Shown here one piece after another: positions 38,283-50,714 of a DNA stretch of 64,000 nucleotides (position 1 is the stretch's first letter; each line of letters begins with the position of its first letter). The notes under the pieces are model-generated. The model saw only the letters and a list, made by a program, of their open reading frames with translations. It had not been told where the DNA came from and made no database searches. This DNA is from Stegostoma tigrinum (Eukaryota): positions 62,872,312 through 62,936,311 of the forward strand of contig NC_081363.1 of assembly GCF_030684315.1 (NCBI RefSeq), written 5' to 3'. The translations under genes and the position numbers were made by a program.

Positions 38283-39283
38283 ACTTCCGCCATCTACAAT
38301 CCGACCCCACCACCCAAGACATTTTTCCATCCCCACCCCTGTCTGCTTTCCAGAGAGACCACTCTCTCTGTGACTCCCTTGTTCACTCCACACTGCCCTC
38401 CAATCCCACCACACCCAGCACCTTCCCCTGCAACCGCAGGAAATGCTACACTTGCCCCCACACCTCCTCCCTCACCCCTATCCCAGGCCCCAAGATGACA
38501 TTCCACATTAAGCAGAGGTTCACCTGCACATCTGCCAATGTGGTATACTGCATCCACTGTACCCGGTGTGGCTTCCTCTACATTGGGGAAACCAAGCAGA
38601 GGCTTGGGGACCGCTTTGCAGAACACCTCCGCTCGGTTCGCAATAAACAACTGCACCTCCCAGTCGCAAACCATTTCCACTCCCCCTCCCATTCTTTAGA
38701 TGACATGTCCATCATGGGCCTCCTGCAGTGCCACAATGATGCCACCCGAAGGTTGCAGGAACAGCAACTCATATTCCGCTTGGGAACCCTGCAGCCCAAT
38801 GGTATCAATGTGGACTTCACCAGCTTCAAAATTTCCCCTTCCCCCACCGCATCCCAAAACCAGCCCAGTTCGTCCCCTCCCGCCCCTGCACCACACAACC
38901 AGCCCAGATCTTCCCCTCCACCCACTGCATCCCAAAACCAGTCCAACCTGTCTCTGCCTCCCTAACCTGTTCTTCCTCTCACCCATCCCTTCCTCCCACC
39001 CCAAGCCGCACCTCCATCTCCTACCTACTAACCTCATCCCACCTCCTTGACCTGTCCGTCTTCCCTGGACTGACCTATCCCCTCCCTACCTCCCCACCTA
39101 TACCCTCTCCACCTATCTTCTTTTCTCTCCCTCTTCGGTCCACCTCCCCCTCTCTCCCTATTTATTCCAGAACCCTCACCCCATCCCCCTCTCTGATGAA
39201 GGGTCTAGGTCCGAAACGTCAGCTTTTGTGCTCCTGAGATGCTGCTGGGCCTGCTGTGTTCATCCAGCCTCACATTTTATTAT
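38283..39283 (+). mobile_element. Penelope-like element, 5'-truncated
   Basis: ORF 38495..38965 encodes GIY-YIG. Hammerhead at 39193-39220. Ends TTTTATTAT without the tail. Confidence 0.95.
39193..39222 (+). ncRNA. Minimal hammerhead ribozyme motif
   Basis: CTGATGA-AGGGTCTAGGTCC-GAAACGTC-AG. Confidence 0.7.
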
Positions 39284-39392
39284 TATGGGATTGATGGTTT
39301 TGTTTATTGAAGTTATTTTAAAATATGAGGGGAATCATAATAAGGCAGAGCCCAGGATGGCTTTCCAATTATAATAGCAGTTTATTCATAAG

Positions 39393-40815
39393 TGTAAAAA
39401 GCAAAAGAACTGCAGATGTTGTAAGTCAGGAACAAAAACAAATGTTGCTGGAAAAGCTCAGCAGGTCTGGCAGCATCTGTGGAGAAGAATCACAGTTAAC
39501 ATTTTGGATCTAGTGACCCCTCCTAAGAACTGATGGTAGTTAGGAAAATGTCAGTTTATGTGCAAGACAGGGTGGGAGGAGCGGGGTGAGGAGTAAATGA
39601 TGTGTGGGGAAAGAGCCCAAAGAGAGAGAGGAATAATTGGACAGGCAAAGGAGTTGATAACAATTTAGCTAGGACGGTGAACAGCTGTAAATGGTGAATG
39701 TTAGTGATTAAAACAATGTAGTGTGTAAGGGCAGTCTATGTGATAACAAGGCCTGGTGTGTGGGGGAGGGGCTAAAACATGGGAGAGTTTAGGCCCCAAA
39801 ATCATTGAACTCGATTTTGAGCTTGGAGGGCTGCAGGGTCCCCAAGCGAAATATATGGTGTTGTTCTTCCTGCTTGCGTTGAGCTTAGCTGGAACACTGC
39901 AGCAAGCCTGAAAAAGAGATGTTGACCAAGGAACAGGATGGAATGTCGAAGTGGCAGACCACTGGAAACTCAGGGTCTTTTTTGGAAGCAGAAAGTAGAT
40001 GTTCTGTGAAGCGTTCACCCAGTCTACACTTTGTTTCTCCAATGTAGATGAGACCATATTGTGAGCAGCGAATGCAGTAGACTGGATTGTATGAAGAGTA
40101 GGTAAAGATTTATTCACCTGGAAGGTATGCTTGGGCCCTTGGATACTGGAGAGAAAGGAGGTAAATGGGCAGGTGTTACACCTTGGGAGGTTGCAGGTGA
40201 AGGAGGGGAATGTTTTATTCCCCTCCACTCCCCTCCCTTGTCTTCCTTCCGCAGGTACTGTTCCCTCTGGGACACCCTAGTCCACTCTTCCTTCACCAAC
40301 AACACCCCCCAGAGCCCCAGAGCACCTTCCCATGCATCTCTGTCTCAGGCTTGCAGCAGCGTTCCAGCGAAACTCAGCACAAGCTCCAAGAACAGTACAT
40401 CATTTTCCATTTGGGGACCCTGCAGCCCTCTGAACTCAATATTGAGTTCAATAATTTCAGGACCTGAGCTTTCCCATCCTAGCCCCCTACCCCAAACACC
40501 AGGGCATATTCTTCCATGGCCTGCCATTACACACTATCTATTGTTCACCACTAACAGTCTCCATTGACAGTATTCACCATCATGGCCCAATAGTTATCAA
40601 ATCCTTTGTATGTCCAAGTGTTCTTCTCCGTCTTTGGGCTCTATCCCCACCTTTTGTTTACTCCCTAACCCCTCCCCCACTCTATCTTGCATATAAACTG
40701 ACATTTTCCAAACTACCATCAGTTCTGAGGAAGGGTCATCGGACCTGAAATTTTAACTCTGATTTTTCTTCACAAATGCTGCCAGACCTCTTGAGCCTTT
40801 CCAGCAACTTCTGTT
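39393..40815. mobile_element. Second, older PLE family as an antiparallel two-arm insertion
   Basis: Minus arm (39393-~40205) has CNLPRCNTC and GIY-YIG remnants; plus arm (~40215-40815) has QEQYIIFHLGTLQP. TSD TTTATTCATAAG (39381-39392) / TTTATTCAGAAG (40816-40827). Hammerhead remnants at 40725-40758 and 39495-39530. Confidence 0.85.
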
Positions 40816-43039
40816 TTTATTCAGAAGCAGGTATCTAAACTCAAAAGGGCAGAAGCTCTGGCAAATGCATGAGGTATTTCTCATAGGAAGTTAAGTATTT
40901 GTGAGGTGTCACATAAAACATACAGGGTAGCTGGAGGAATAGATAACATCTGGCTTTAAAGAGGGTATAGAATGACAATTGGTGCAGAAGCAGGGATACT
41001 TAATCAATCTTTAGCAAAGACAATTGTAGTAATTTGACTGGATTTTAAACTAATGGCAAGTGTGTGAGTGGCAGGAATTTCGATGGGGAAAAGTTGCATC
41101 TGAAAGTGAGGCTTGGGGGAAACACATTGCATTTAATATTTTTATTTAAAATAGAGGTGGGGATGCCAAGATTTATAAACAAGTCTGAGGAAGTAATTGG
41201 ATCAAAACATTAACTCTTTGTCAATTCTACCAGTTCAGCTACATTTCTCCAGCATTTTCCGGTTTTATTTTAGATATCCAGCAGCCAGCCTTACTTTTTA
41301 TTTCTTTTATTCTTAGTTGGAATTTATATTTACATTTACATTTTTGGACAGAATAGGCTCCAAAACTATTATTACCCTGTGAGATGTAGGTTCAGCTAAG
41401 AGCTTATGTCAGACAAGAATTTGGGCCTGTTTTCACAATCAAAATGTGTTAATACAGGATGTTCATGGAAGTATATAACATTTCCATTGCAGCAAGTACG
41501 ATTACATTTTGCTCCAATAGAGAAATCCTGTGGAATTGTTCCTAAATTGCCTCTTCAATTTATAGATTTTATATTGGTAAAAGGTAGAGCAGGCTGTATG
41601 CTTTGTCCACCATCTAGAAAAGATTGCTCTGATTCTGAAATTGTTCTGAATTCTGAAGAGTATAAACTCTTTGCCTACTTGTCAACCATTAAGCAAAGAA
41701 CTGGTTCATATAGTGTAATAATATGTCCACAACAGTAACAGACAGTTTGGAAGCAATACAAGGGGTTACAGAATTGCCAAATACGTTGTTTCAATGGAAA
41801 AAAAAACTGAGATTACAATGTGATCTTGAAGGGTCAGTAAAACCTGACAGGGAGTGTTTGCCAGTGGTGAGTTCCAGAACACAACAGCAAGATTTGAGGC
41901 ACATTGGAGTATACCAAACAAATGACAATTCAACAGAATAGGAAGGATGTGGTTTATGAATTGCATGGAAGACTAAAAGTGGTGGAAAGGAAAATCAAAA
42001 CCCTGAATAAAGATCATTGAACAGATGTAATTGTATGACATTCATTTGGAATGGAATCAAGAGAAAGTAATAAAATCTCAAAACATTCAAAGATAAAATC
42101 CAAAAAAATGCCAAAAGGGATTTTGAATGGAAAAGTGATGAATTGCTGGCACACGAGTCCTCTCATCAAATCTTTGTTCTCTCCTTAGCTTAAATTTTCT
42201 TACTGTGACATCTTTGACACAAAGTGAGAGTTGTTTTGGTTTAGCTCAGAAAGTGAAAGTGCAGTGTGGTTACAGCTATAACTGATGAAAAATCTAATAC
42301 CTGGGCTATGAAATTCCTGAAACTTCCTTTGCAAAGTAAAATGAAGGTGTAAGAAAAAATGTTAGCATTAATTTATGTTAATAAAATGATGTTCAAACCC
42401 TGCCAATCCTCCATGTCATACACATTTGTTTAGTTTTGTATAGTTTTTTTATAGATTTGCTGATATGGTATATGTAAGTGCATTAATATAAAACGTTAAC
42501 TGTAATGTGTCTATTTGTTAAAATCATTCATGCCTTCTAATCATGTTGTGTTATCTTTAAAGAATGAAACTCAACCTGTTCACACTCACTAATTGGTTTG
42601 GGAAGCTGAAGGTAGGGTGCTTAATGTTATACTTCTGGCAAAGCCTGCCATTAGGAACTTGGATTTCTAACCTGAAAATGGTACCACAATCCTGTCTGGA
42701 ACTAAGTGTATATACTAGAAGTGTACAAATTGCAGCCAATGTATTATATCAGGGGCGAAAGTAATTATAAGAAATTTTCACAATTAATTCTGCATACGCT
42801 TTCATTCCATTGCATTGTTATATTTGCAGTCTGAATCTTAGGTGAAATGATGCTGCTTGCATTTGTTATATTTCAATGTTGTACACTAGGTGGAGTTCCT
42901 TGCACAATGCTTAGCTATTGTGGCAAATCAGCCATTTGCCAAGCATTGCCATGACTTATCTACTGTATCACCTTTATCTTTTAGAAGTGTGGTTTGTTAC
43001 GTATTTGGCAAAAAATCATATTTTGTAAGGTGGCACATC

Positions 43040-43835
43040 TTTAGACTCTAACACCCCTATTTTGGTAATGGACTTGTGGTACAAACAAATTTACTTCAGT
43101 TAAAAGGGAAATTTTACCTGGCACTATTACAAAGGTTGTGCAGGAGCATAGAGGCCTGGATGAAAAAGTACTTAAGCCATTAAAGATTGCTTGATGGGTA
43201 AAGAGAGCTGTTAATAAAATATACAGTTTTCTGCGGTTTATATATAGGGGCATAGAGTGCAACAGCAGGGAGACTATGATGAACTTATACTCCAGTGAGA
43301 CCATAGCTGGAGTTTTGTGTATAGTTTTGTTCACCCCACTTGCAGAAAGGATATGATTGTTTTGGAGAGAGCGCAGAAGGGTTTATATGAACGATTCCAA
43401 ATTTGGGACATTTCAGATTGGAGGAAAGATTGGAGAATTTGGGATTATTTTCCTTAACATAGAGAAGACCAAGAGATATGTGAGAAGTTTTCAAATTCAC
43501 AATGATTCTGGACACAGTAACTAGGGGGAAATTGATCCTACACATAACCGAATTGAAAACCGGAGGATACAGTTTAAATTGTTTTGTGAAAAGTCAGATG
43601 CAAGATGACAAAACTGTTTTTTCATGGAGTGAGTAGTTAGGGCTGGAAAGTTCTGCCTATCAGATTGGTAGAGGTAGGTTTAACCGAAAATGCAAGAATT
43701 TATTGGATGTTATTTAAATGGGAACAATGTGCAGTTATAGAGAGAAGGCAGAAAATTGGTATTAAATCAAAAGCTGGTGCAGGCATGATAGATCAAATAC
43801 CTTTCAGCACCTACATTTTATTTGATTCTTTGTTC
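43040..43835 (+). mobile_element. CR1 LINE 3' part, decayed
   Basis: GFIYRGIEC.SRETMMNLY, VRP.LEFCV.F.SPH..KD, LEERLENLGLFSL. Confidence 0.75.
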
Positions 43836-44959
43836 CCACCATACCATGAGCTATTTGCCAATGAAGGGAAAAAGAGTACTTCCTTTTCTAATGTTAGTTC
43901 CACAAATATAATGGTAATATTTCCCACGTATTGTTAATAACCAGTGGGATGCTTTCTTTGGTGTAAGTAATAATAATTTAATAAGAGGCATAACAATAAG
44001 AAAAATTTAAGCTAAGAAGGAGAGAACAAAGATTTGACGAGAGGATTTGGTGAAGTAGCGTGGGAGAAGGCATGTATGGAACTGTGACTGATTGGTTTGT
44101 GCTGCAGAATTCTATGTAATCCAAATTTTCTCAATTTCTGCCAGTCATTCTATAATTATTGGTAGAAGGTAAGTTATAAAGTATATTCAGTTTACTTTCT
44201 TTTGTTTCTTTGTCACAAGTTGCATTACTGTTACTCATCATTTCTATCCTGAACTTGGAAAACATACCTTTTCTGTATTTGAATCTTACTGACAATGGTG
44301 CAATGCCATAATGAGTCAATGGGCTACGCCATTGTACTATTACTTACTGAAGCTTCACAGCTTGTTCCAGATTTCCTGCTGACTATTCAAGGAAACAAGC
44401 TTCGTATTGACAAATTATGTTTGCAGTAGATGCTGGCAAAGGTGACAGGTGATCTTTATGACTTTGAATTATTGTTCATAGGAGACCAATTACAAATCAC
44501 CCATAGACCTATAATTCTATGCCTGAGTGCTAATTACAAATGAACGGTGACCTCAAAATTTTTCATTTTGATTCTTTGCTGGTGATCTTACAGATTAAAT
44601 TCTTTTCCTTTGACAACAATTCATCAAAGTCACAAATTACAAATGCTGAGGTGACAATATATTTACAAAACACCAATATAGGTTACGTTCAGATTGATAA
44701 AGGTAGATCTAATTATGATCCACCATCCAAAATAAAAATCCAAAATCACAAACCACTGCCAATCATTTCCGATTTTGATAGTGTGGTGGCCATACATTTA
44801 AATTGTTTCAAGTACTTACTGAACTATTTCTTAGTGGTTTAGAAAATTACAAATAAGTGGATATAGAATGAATAGTAGCCACAACTGGTATTTATTGAGT
44901 TTAAAAAAACCTTCAATGGAAGCTTTCTTTTCTAATAAACTGATATTTCAGTGGATAAG

Positions 44960-45300
44960 CATAAGGCACCCCATGTTACTGTGTCAAACAGCATAAGTTG
45001 GATTGAATTTTGACCTGCAGTATCCACTGAGTTATCAGCTCGCAGCCCAGAGTGGCACAAAAGGTGTAACAATTGTCTTGAATGCTTCTCTACTAGGGAA
45101 GTGAAAATTTCACTTGAGTTACAACTTGTTTTTGTTTATTAAGGAGGCAGGCTTGCATTTATAAAGCACCTTTCAAGCTATCAGGCCATCAGTACATACG
45201 TAACAATGAAAACTCTTTCTAGAGTCACTGTTGTAATGTAGGAAATACCACAAAAATGTAGTCAATTTGTGCATAGCAAGGCCCCACTTGGTTTTGAGCA
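44960..45300. mobile_element. Ancient SINE remnants (LF-SINE-like plus; AmnSINE/Deu-like tail minus)
   Basis: CTGAGTTATCAGCTCGCAGCC...ACAATTGTCTTG...CTAGGGAAG resembles the LF-SINE core. CTTGCATTTATAAAGCACCTTTCA...GTCACTGTTGTAATGTAGGAAA resembles the AmnSINE-type tail. From memory only. Confidence 0.45.
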
Positions 45301-47823
45301 GTGTGGATAATCCATGTTGTTCCCATTTAATCCCTGTCCACTGCTGAACCGTGGTGGGCTTAGGATATCAATTTTCTCGTTAATAAGCTGAACTGATATT
45401 CATAACGATTGAAACTAAAGTGTTGACATTTGTCTTTACTGACCCCATGACTTATATCAGCAGTGATGGCATAAATGCAATTTGCACAGCAACAGTGCCG
45501 CATGTTCCTCAGGTGAATCAATAACTGTACAAACTGAAAGACATTTAATAAATACGCCGATTACCTGAAACAGCAAACCTCTCAAAACAGTAAGTGGACA
45601 GGATTACGTAATTGAGATAATTACACTTTAATAAGATGCAAAAAGCTTATTGAATTGCTCAACATATATCGCATGCTTAATTTGTTATCAGCAGCATGTT
45701 TTCAATTAAGTCCAATGGAAATGACCAATCCTAAGTGCCATTTACCCATTGCAGGTTACTGCCCAAAAAGCATGGATGGTGTAATCGATGGAGGTTCGAT
45801 TTGTTGCTGACAGAAAATTTAAGTTATCCATTCAAAATAATTTACAAAGCTTATAAAATGGCAGCAGCCATTTTCTGCTGTGGGCAGTTGAAGTAACTTG
45901 TTTTAAAGTGACTAAAAAAAATTGAATTTTATAGAGCCAATACATTTCTTCTGCATTACAGTTTTATTCCCAGTTGTTAGGTTCAAAACATTTACTATGT
46001 GCAATAACTTGGCAAAGTCAAGCCCATTTCTTCCACAGATACAAGGTTACAATGCCAACTGTTCAGTTCAAATTGTCTCTAAATTGTAATGGATTGGCAA
46101 AGGCAAGTACATATCTTTCCCATCACAGTTTCTATCTTAGGAATTTGATTCAATCCGTTTGCAAATTGTAATAACTTGCCAAAAGCTCAACAGATTTATT
46201 TCACAGGCATTAAGGTTTCAATAACAACAATTCAAGTTGGCTTGACAGCAGTCACGTACCCCATTCTAGAAATGCAACAAAATATTATTATGTTGCTGAA
46301 TGAGGTAAAATGAAATGGATGTCAATCGTTGACAATGTTTGACCACATCTATATTGTTAGTTGAATCATGTTAGCAAGTCAACTGATGTCACTGCTTGCA
46401 TTGTCTCTGTTCAAGATCTCAGCGTTGTTGAGATTTTCACTTTAGTCAGATTTTACTCAACAATCTCCAAATATCTGCATTTCCAGATGAAATATGTGCA
46501 TCTGACAGCATCTGAATGCTATGCAATAGTGACGATTATCCAATAATCTATAATGTCCAACATCCATTCCTCTGTTACCAGGTATGAACTCAGTCTTATA
46601 AACTGTAAAGTCCCCTGTTTCTCAGTCATACTTAGCAAACCAAGCTCTTGTAGTTCCAAATTTTATTCCAAAGATCACAGAATGTGGCAGAGTTCCAGGA
46701 TTTAAGAAGCTGGGTAACAGATTTCTGTAGCATGCCAATTGCCATTTTTCATGTAAAATTAATCCAAAATCATTGGACTGTTTCTTTACTTATTCCATTT
46801 AAGAACATGGCAGCACTCTTCATGACTGTCATGTGTTGTTACTTGTTTTCTCACTAATTCAATAGAAGGATTATAAAGAAATATCAACTGGATAGCAAAA
46901 ATGTGATTTGTGTCATGCAGAGGTGAGACCAGCTTTCTCCCTTCATTTTGGGAAGATCAGGAGCGTCTCCAGAGGAAAGAAGAATGTCATGGTAACATTG
47001 ATGAGTGCAGCAAGCAGTCATCTCTCCTCTCTTGAATCTTTGCATTAGTGGTAGGCAAGATGAGCAATTTTATCAGGTAAAGTTGGCTCAGTGTCATTGT
47101 GAAGGATTCATGAAAAAAAAGCCTTTCTACCGGGTGATTTGTCTAGGTGCAATTGCCATAACATTATTGATGAAAACAGCCACATCTAATCACCATAGCT
47201 CTGTCATTTTCTAAAGGGTTTTAGTGCATGATCAACTGGAACAGAAAAATAATGAGATACATCCTTCATAGGCATATACTTTACACCCTCACTTTTCTTT
47301 ATATCAGTGAATTTTCTCATTTACTCTGTGGCATCTGTTCATCACTTATTCCAATGCAAACATATTTGTCCATGCTCTACTCATGTACCATTGTAACTGC
47401 CACAGATAAAGTGGCACTTTTTATCCCTTCTAGGTTAATAAGCTTTCTGTGGTCTCTTGTAGCTGGAATCATCGGGACATGGAGATAAAGAAGATCAGAT
47501 CAGAAACAGACCAGGCTGTCTGCCATGTATTCATAATATTTCTGACTGAGCCACATTTTAAATGTGAACATAAATAGTTATTAATCAATATATGCTCAAT
47601 GTTCTGAGTTCTGAGATTTATGCAATTAATTTTTGTACTTCTAGATTTTGCAATCCAAACTACTATTATATCCAGAGTCATTGGGTATATCCTTAATGTC
47701 AAAACAAAACATACAATAACTTTCAGAGATAATGGGAACTGCAGATGCTGGAGAATTCCAAGATAATAAAATGTGAGGCTGGATGAACACAGCAGGCCAA
47801 GCAGCATCTCAGGAGCACAAAAG

Positions 47824-47855
47824 CTGACGTTTCGGGCCTAGACCCTTCATCAGAG
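47824..47855 (-). ncRNA. Minimal hammerhead ribozyme motif
   Basis: Reverse complement of CTGATGAAGGGTCTAGGCCCGAAACGTCAG. Confidence 0.75.
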
Positions 47856-48292
47856 AGGGGGATGGGGAGAGGGAACTGGAATAAATAGGGAGAGGGGGGG
47901 AGGTGGACCGAAGATGGAGAGTAAAGAAGATAGGTGGAGAGAGTGTAGGTAGGGAGGTAGGGAGGGGATAGGTCAGTCCAGGGAAGACGGGCAGGTCAAG
48001 GAGGTGGGATGAGGTTAGTAGGTAGGAGATGGAGGTGCGGCTTGGGGTGGGAGGAAGGGATGGGTGAGAGGAAGAACCGATTAGGGAGGCAGAGACAGGT
48101 TGGACTGGTTTTGGGATGCAGTGGGTGGAGGGGAAGAGCTGGGCTGGTTGTGTGGTGTAGTGGGGGGAGGGGACGAACTGGGCTGGTTTAGGGATGCAGT
48201 AGGGGAAGGGGAGATTTTGAAACTGGTGAAGTCCACATTGATACCATATGGCTGCAGGGTTCCCAGGCGGAATATGAGTTGCTGGCACCCAC

Positions 48293-49570
48293 ATGGGCCC
48301 CAGCTATGCCTGCCTCTTTGTAGGTTACGTGGAACAGTCCCTCTTCCGCACCTACACAGGCCCCAAACCCCACCTCTTCCTCCGGTACATTGATGACTGT
48401 ATCGGCGCCGCCTCTTGCTCCCCAGAGGAGCTCGAACAGTTCATCCACTTCACCAACACCTTCCACCCCAACCTTCAGTTCACCTGGGCCATCTCCAGCA
48501 CATCCCTCACCTTCCTGGACCTCTCAGTCTCCATCTCAGGCAACCAGCTTGTAACTGATGTCCATTTCAAGCCCACCGACTCCCACAGCTACCTAGAATA
48601 CACCTCCTCCCACCCACCCTCCTGCAAAAATTCCATCCCCTATTCCCAATTCCTCCGCCTCCGCCGCATCTGCTCCCACGATAAGACATTCCACTCCCGC
48701 ACATCCCAGATGTCGAAGTTCTTTAAGGACCGCAACTTTCCCCCCACAGTGATCGAGAACGCCCTTGACCGCGTCTCCCGTATTCCCCGCAACACATCCC
48801 TCACACCCCGCCCCCGCCACAACCGCCCCAAGAGGATCCCCCACGTTCACACACACACCCTACCAACCTCTGGATACAACTCATCATCCTCCGACACTTC
48901 CGCCATCTACAATCCGACCCCACCACCCAAGACATTTTTCCATCCCCTCCCCTGTCTGCTTTCGGAGAGACCACTCTCTCCGTGACTCCCTTGTTCGCTC
49001 CACACTGCCCTCCAACCCCACCACACCCGGCACCTTTCCCTGCAACCGCAGGAAATGCTACACTTGTCCCCACACCTCCTCCCTCACCCCCATCCCAGGC
49101 CCCAAGATGACATTCCACATTAAGCAGAGGTTCACCTGCACATCTGCCAATGTGGTATACTGCATCCACTGTACCCGGTGCGGCTTCCTCTACATTGGGG
49201 AAACCAAGCGGAGGCTTGGGGACCGCTTTGCAGAACACCTCCGCTCAGTTCGCAACAAACAACTGCACCTCCCAGTCGCAAACCATTTCCACTCCCCCTC
49301 CCATTCTCTAGATGACATGTCGATCATGGGCCTCCTGCAGTGCCACAATGATGCCACCCGAAGGTTGCAGGAACAGCAACTCATATTCCGCCTGGGAACC
49401 CTGCAGCCATATGGTATCAATGTGGACTTCACCAGTTTCAAAATCTCCCCTTCCCCTACTGCATCCCTAAACCAGCCCAGTTTGTCCCCTCCCCCCACTG
49501 CACCACACAACCAGCCCAGCCCAGCTCTTCCCCCCCACCCACTGCATCCCAAAACCAGTCCAACCTGTCT
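48293..49570 (+). pseudogene. PLE RT-GIY-YIG ORF, 5'-truncated and frameshifted
   Basis: ORFs 48293..48985 (YIDD RT motif) and 48765..49664 (GIY-YIG) are pieces of one ancestral frame. Confidence 0.85.
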
Positions 49571-49804
49571 CTGCCTCCCTAACCGCTTCTTCCTCTCACC
49601 CATCCCTTCCTCCCACCCCAAGCCGCACCCCCAGCTACCTACTAACCTCATCCCACCTCCTTGACCTGTCCGTCTTCCCTGGACTGATCTATCCCCTCCC
49701 TACCTCCCCACCTACACTCTCTCCACCTATCTTCTTTACTCTCCATCTTCGGTCCGCCTCCCCCTCTCTCCCTATTTATTCCAGCTCCCTCTCCCCTTCC
49801 CCCT

Positions 49805-49836
49805 CTCTGATGAAGGGTCTAGGCCCGAAACGTCAG
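49805..49836 (+). ncRNA. Minimal hammerhead ribozyme motif
   Basis: CT-CTGATGA-AGGGTCTAGGCCC-GAAACGTC-AG. Confidence 0.75.
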
Positions 49837-50447
49837 CTTTTGTGCTCCTGAGATGCTGCTTGGTCTGCTGTGTTCATCCAGCCTCACATTTTATTATCAT
49901 ACAATAACTTTGACTAGATAAAAAACTGTAAGCAAAATACGAAAGAAAGAAGACAAATTTAAAATTTATCAGCACGGAAAAATGCCTATCATGGTGCCAT
50001 GAATGATGAAAAATGTCTTTAACTTTGATATGTCCACTCACTCATCTGCGATCACCATCCAGTGCTACAGAGAAACATAGGGTTAGCAGGCTTCCAGTAC
50101 ACAACATATTGTGCAGTCTAATCTGCAGGAGAATCAATTGTAAATGTTTCTTGAGCTATTTCACCAGCAGGAGAAGTTTAATAAGGAACCCTGAAAGGTA
50201 GATTTTATGAAACTGTGCTCCTGGTACCAAAATTCATTCCTGGAAATCACATTCGGTATTTGGGTGAAGTGATTAGCCAGAGCCAAATGAAAGAGAACCT
50301 GATTACCCATCATAAGTTTATGAAAATAAATGTACAAGCATCAGTCATGCAACTTCTTTGAACTAAGTTGATGGTAAGGCACTTTTTAAATAACTGAACA
50401 AGATCTGGCATTATTTAGGCTCCTAAAAAGAGTAAGATTTATTTGCT

Positions 50448-50596
50448 GATAATAAAATGTGAGGCTGGATGAACACAGCAGGCCAAGCAGCATCTCAGGA
50501 GAACAAAAGCTGACGTTTCAGGCCTAGACCGTTCATCCAGCCTCACATTTTATTATCTTGGAATTCTCCAGCATCTGCAGTTCCCATTATCTCTGA
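50448..50596. mobile_element. 149-bp fold-back PLE mini-insertion with 15-bp TSD
   Basis: TSD TAAGATTTATTTGCT at 50433-50447 and 50597-50611. Minus arm 50448-50530, plus arm 50531-50596. Confidence 0.92.
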
Positions 50597-50714
50597 TAAG
50601 ATTTATTTGCTTCTTTGTTAACTGTGGAAATTTTGTAGTGGAGGAACTTTTTCTGGGAGAAGGCTGACTGAAGTATTTTTAGACTTTTTTTTGCTACCAT
50701 GGAGATGGTTTTAG

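Larger units (their letters stand above)
47724..49897. mobile_element. Penelope-like element, antiparallel insertion (minus arm 47724-48284, plus arm 48285-49897), 14-bp TSD
   Basis: TSD CATACAATAACTTT at 47710-47723 and 49898-49911. Plus arm encodes RT (MGPSYACLF...FLRYIDD) and GIY-YIG with frameshifts near 48845 and 48960. Confidence 0.95.

Noticed and set aside
41406-41941. 110-aa and 72-aa ORFs
   Set aside because: No motifs or splice support; consistent with chance ORFs.
42558-42612. Possible small exon (TTTAAAG...GAAG|GTAGGG)
   Set aside because: Weak acceptor, no neighbouring exons and no recognisable protein.
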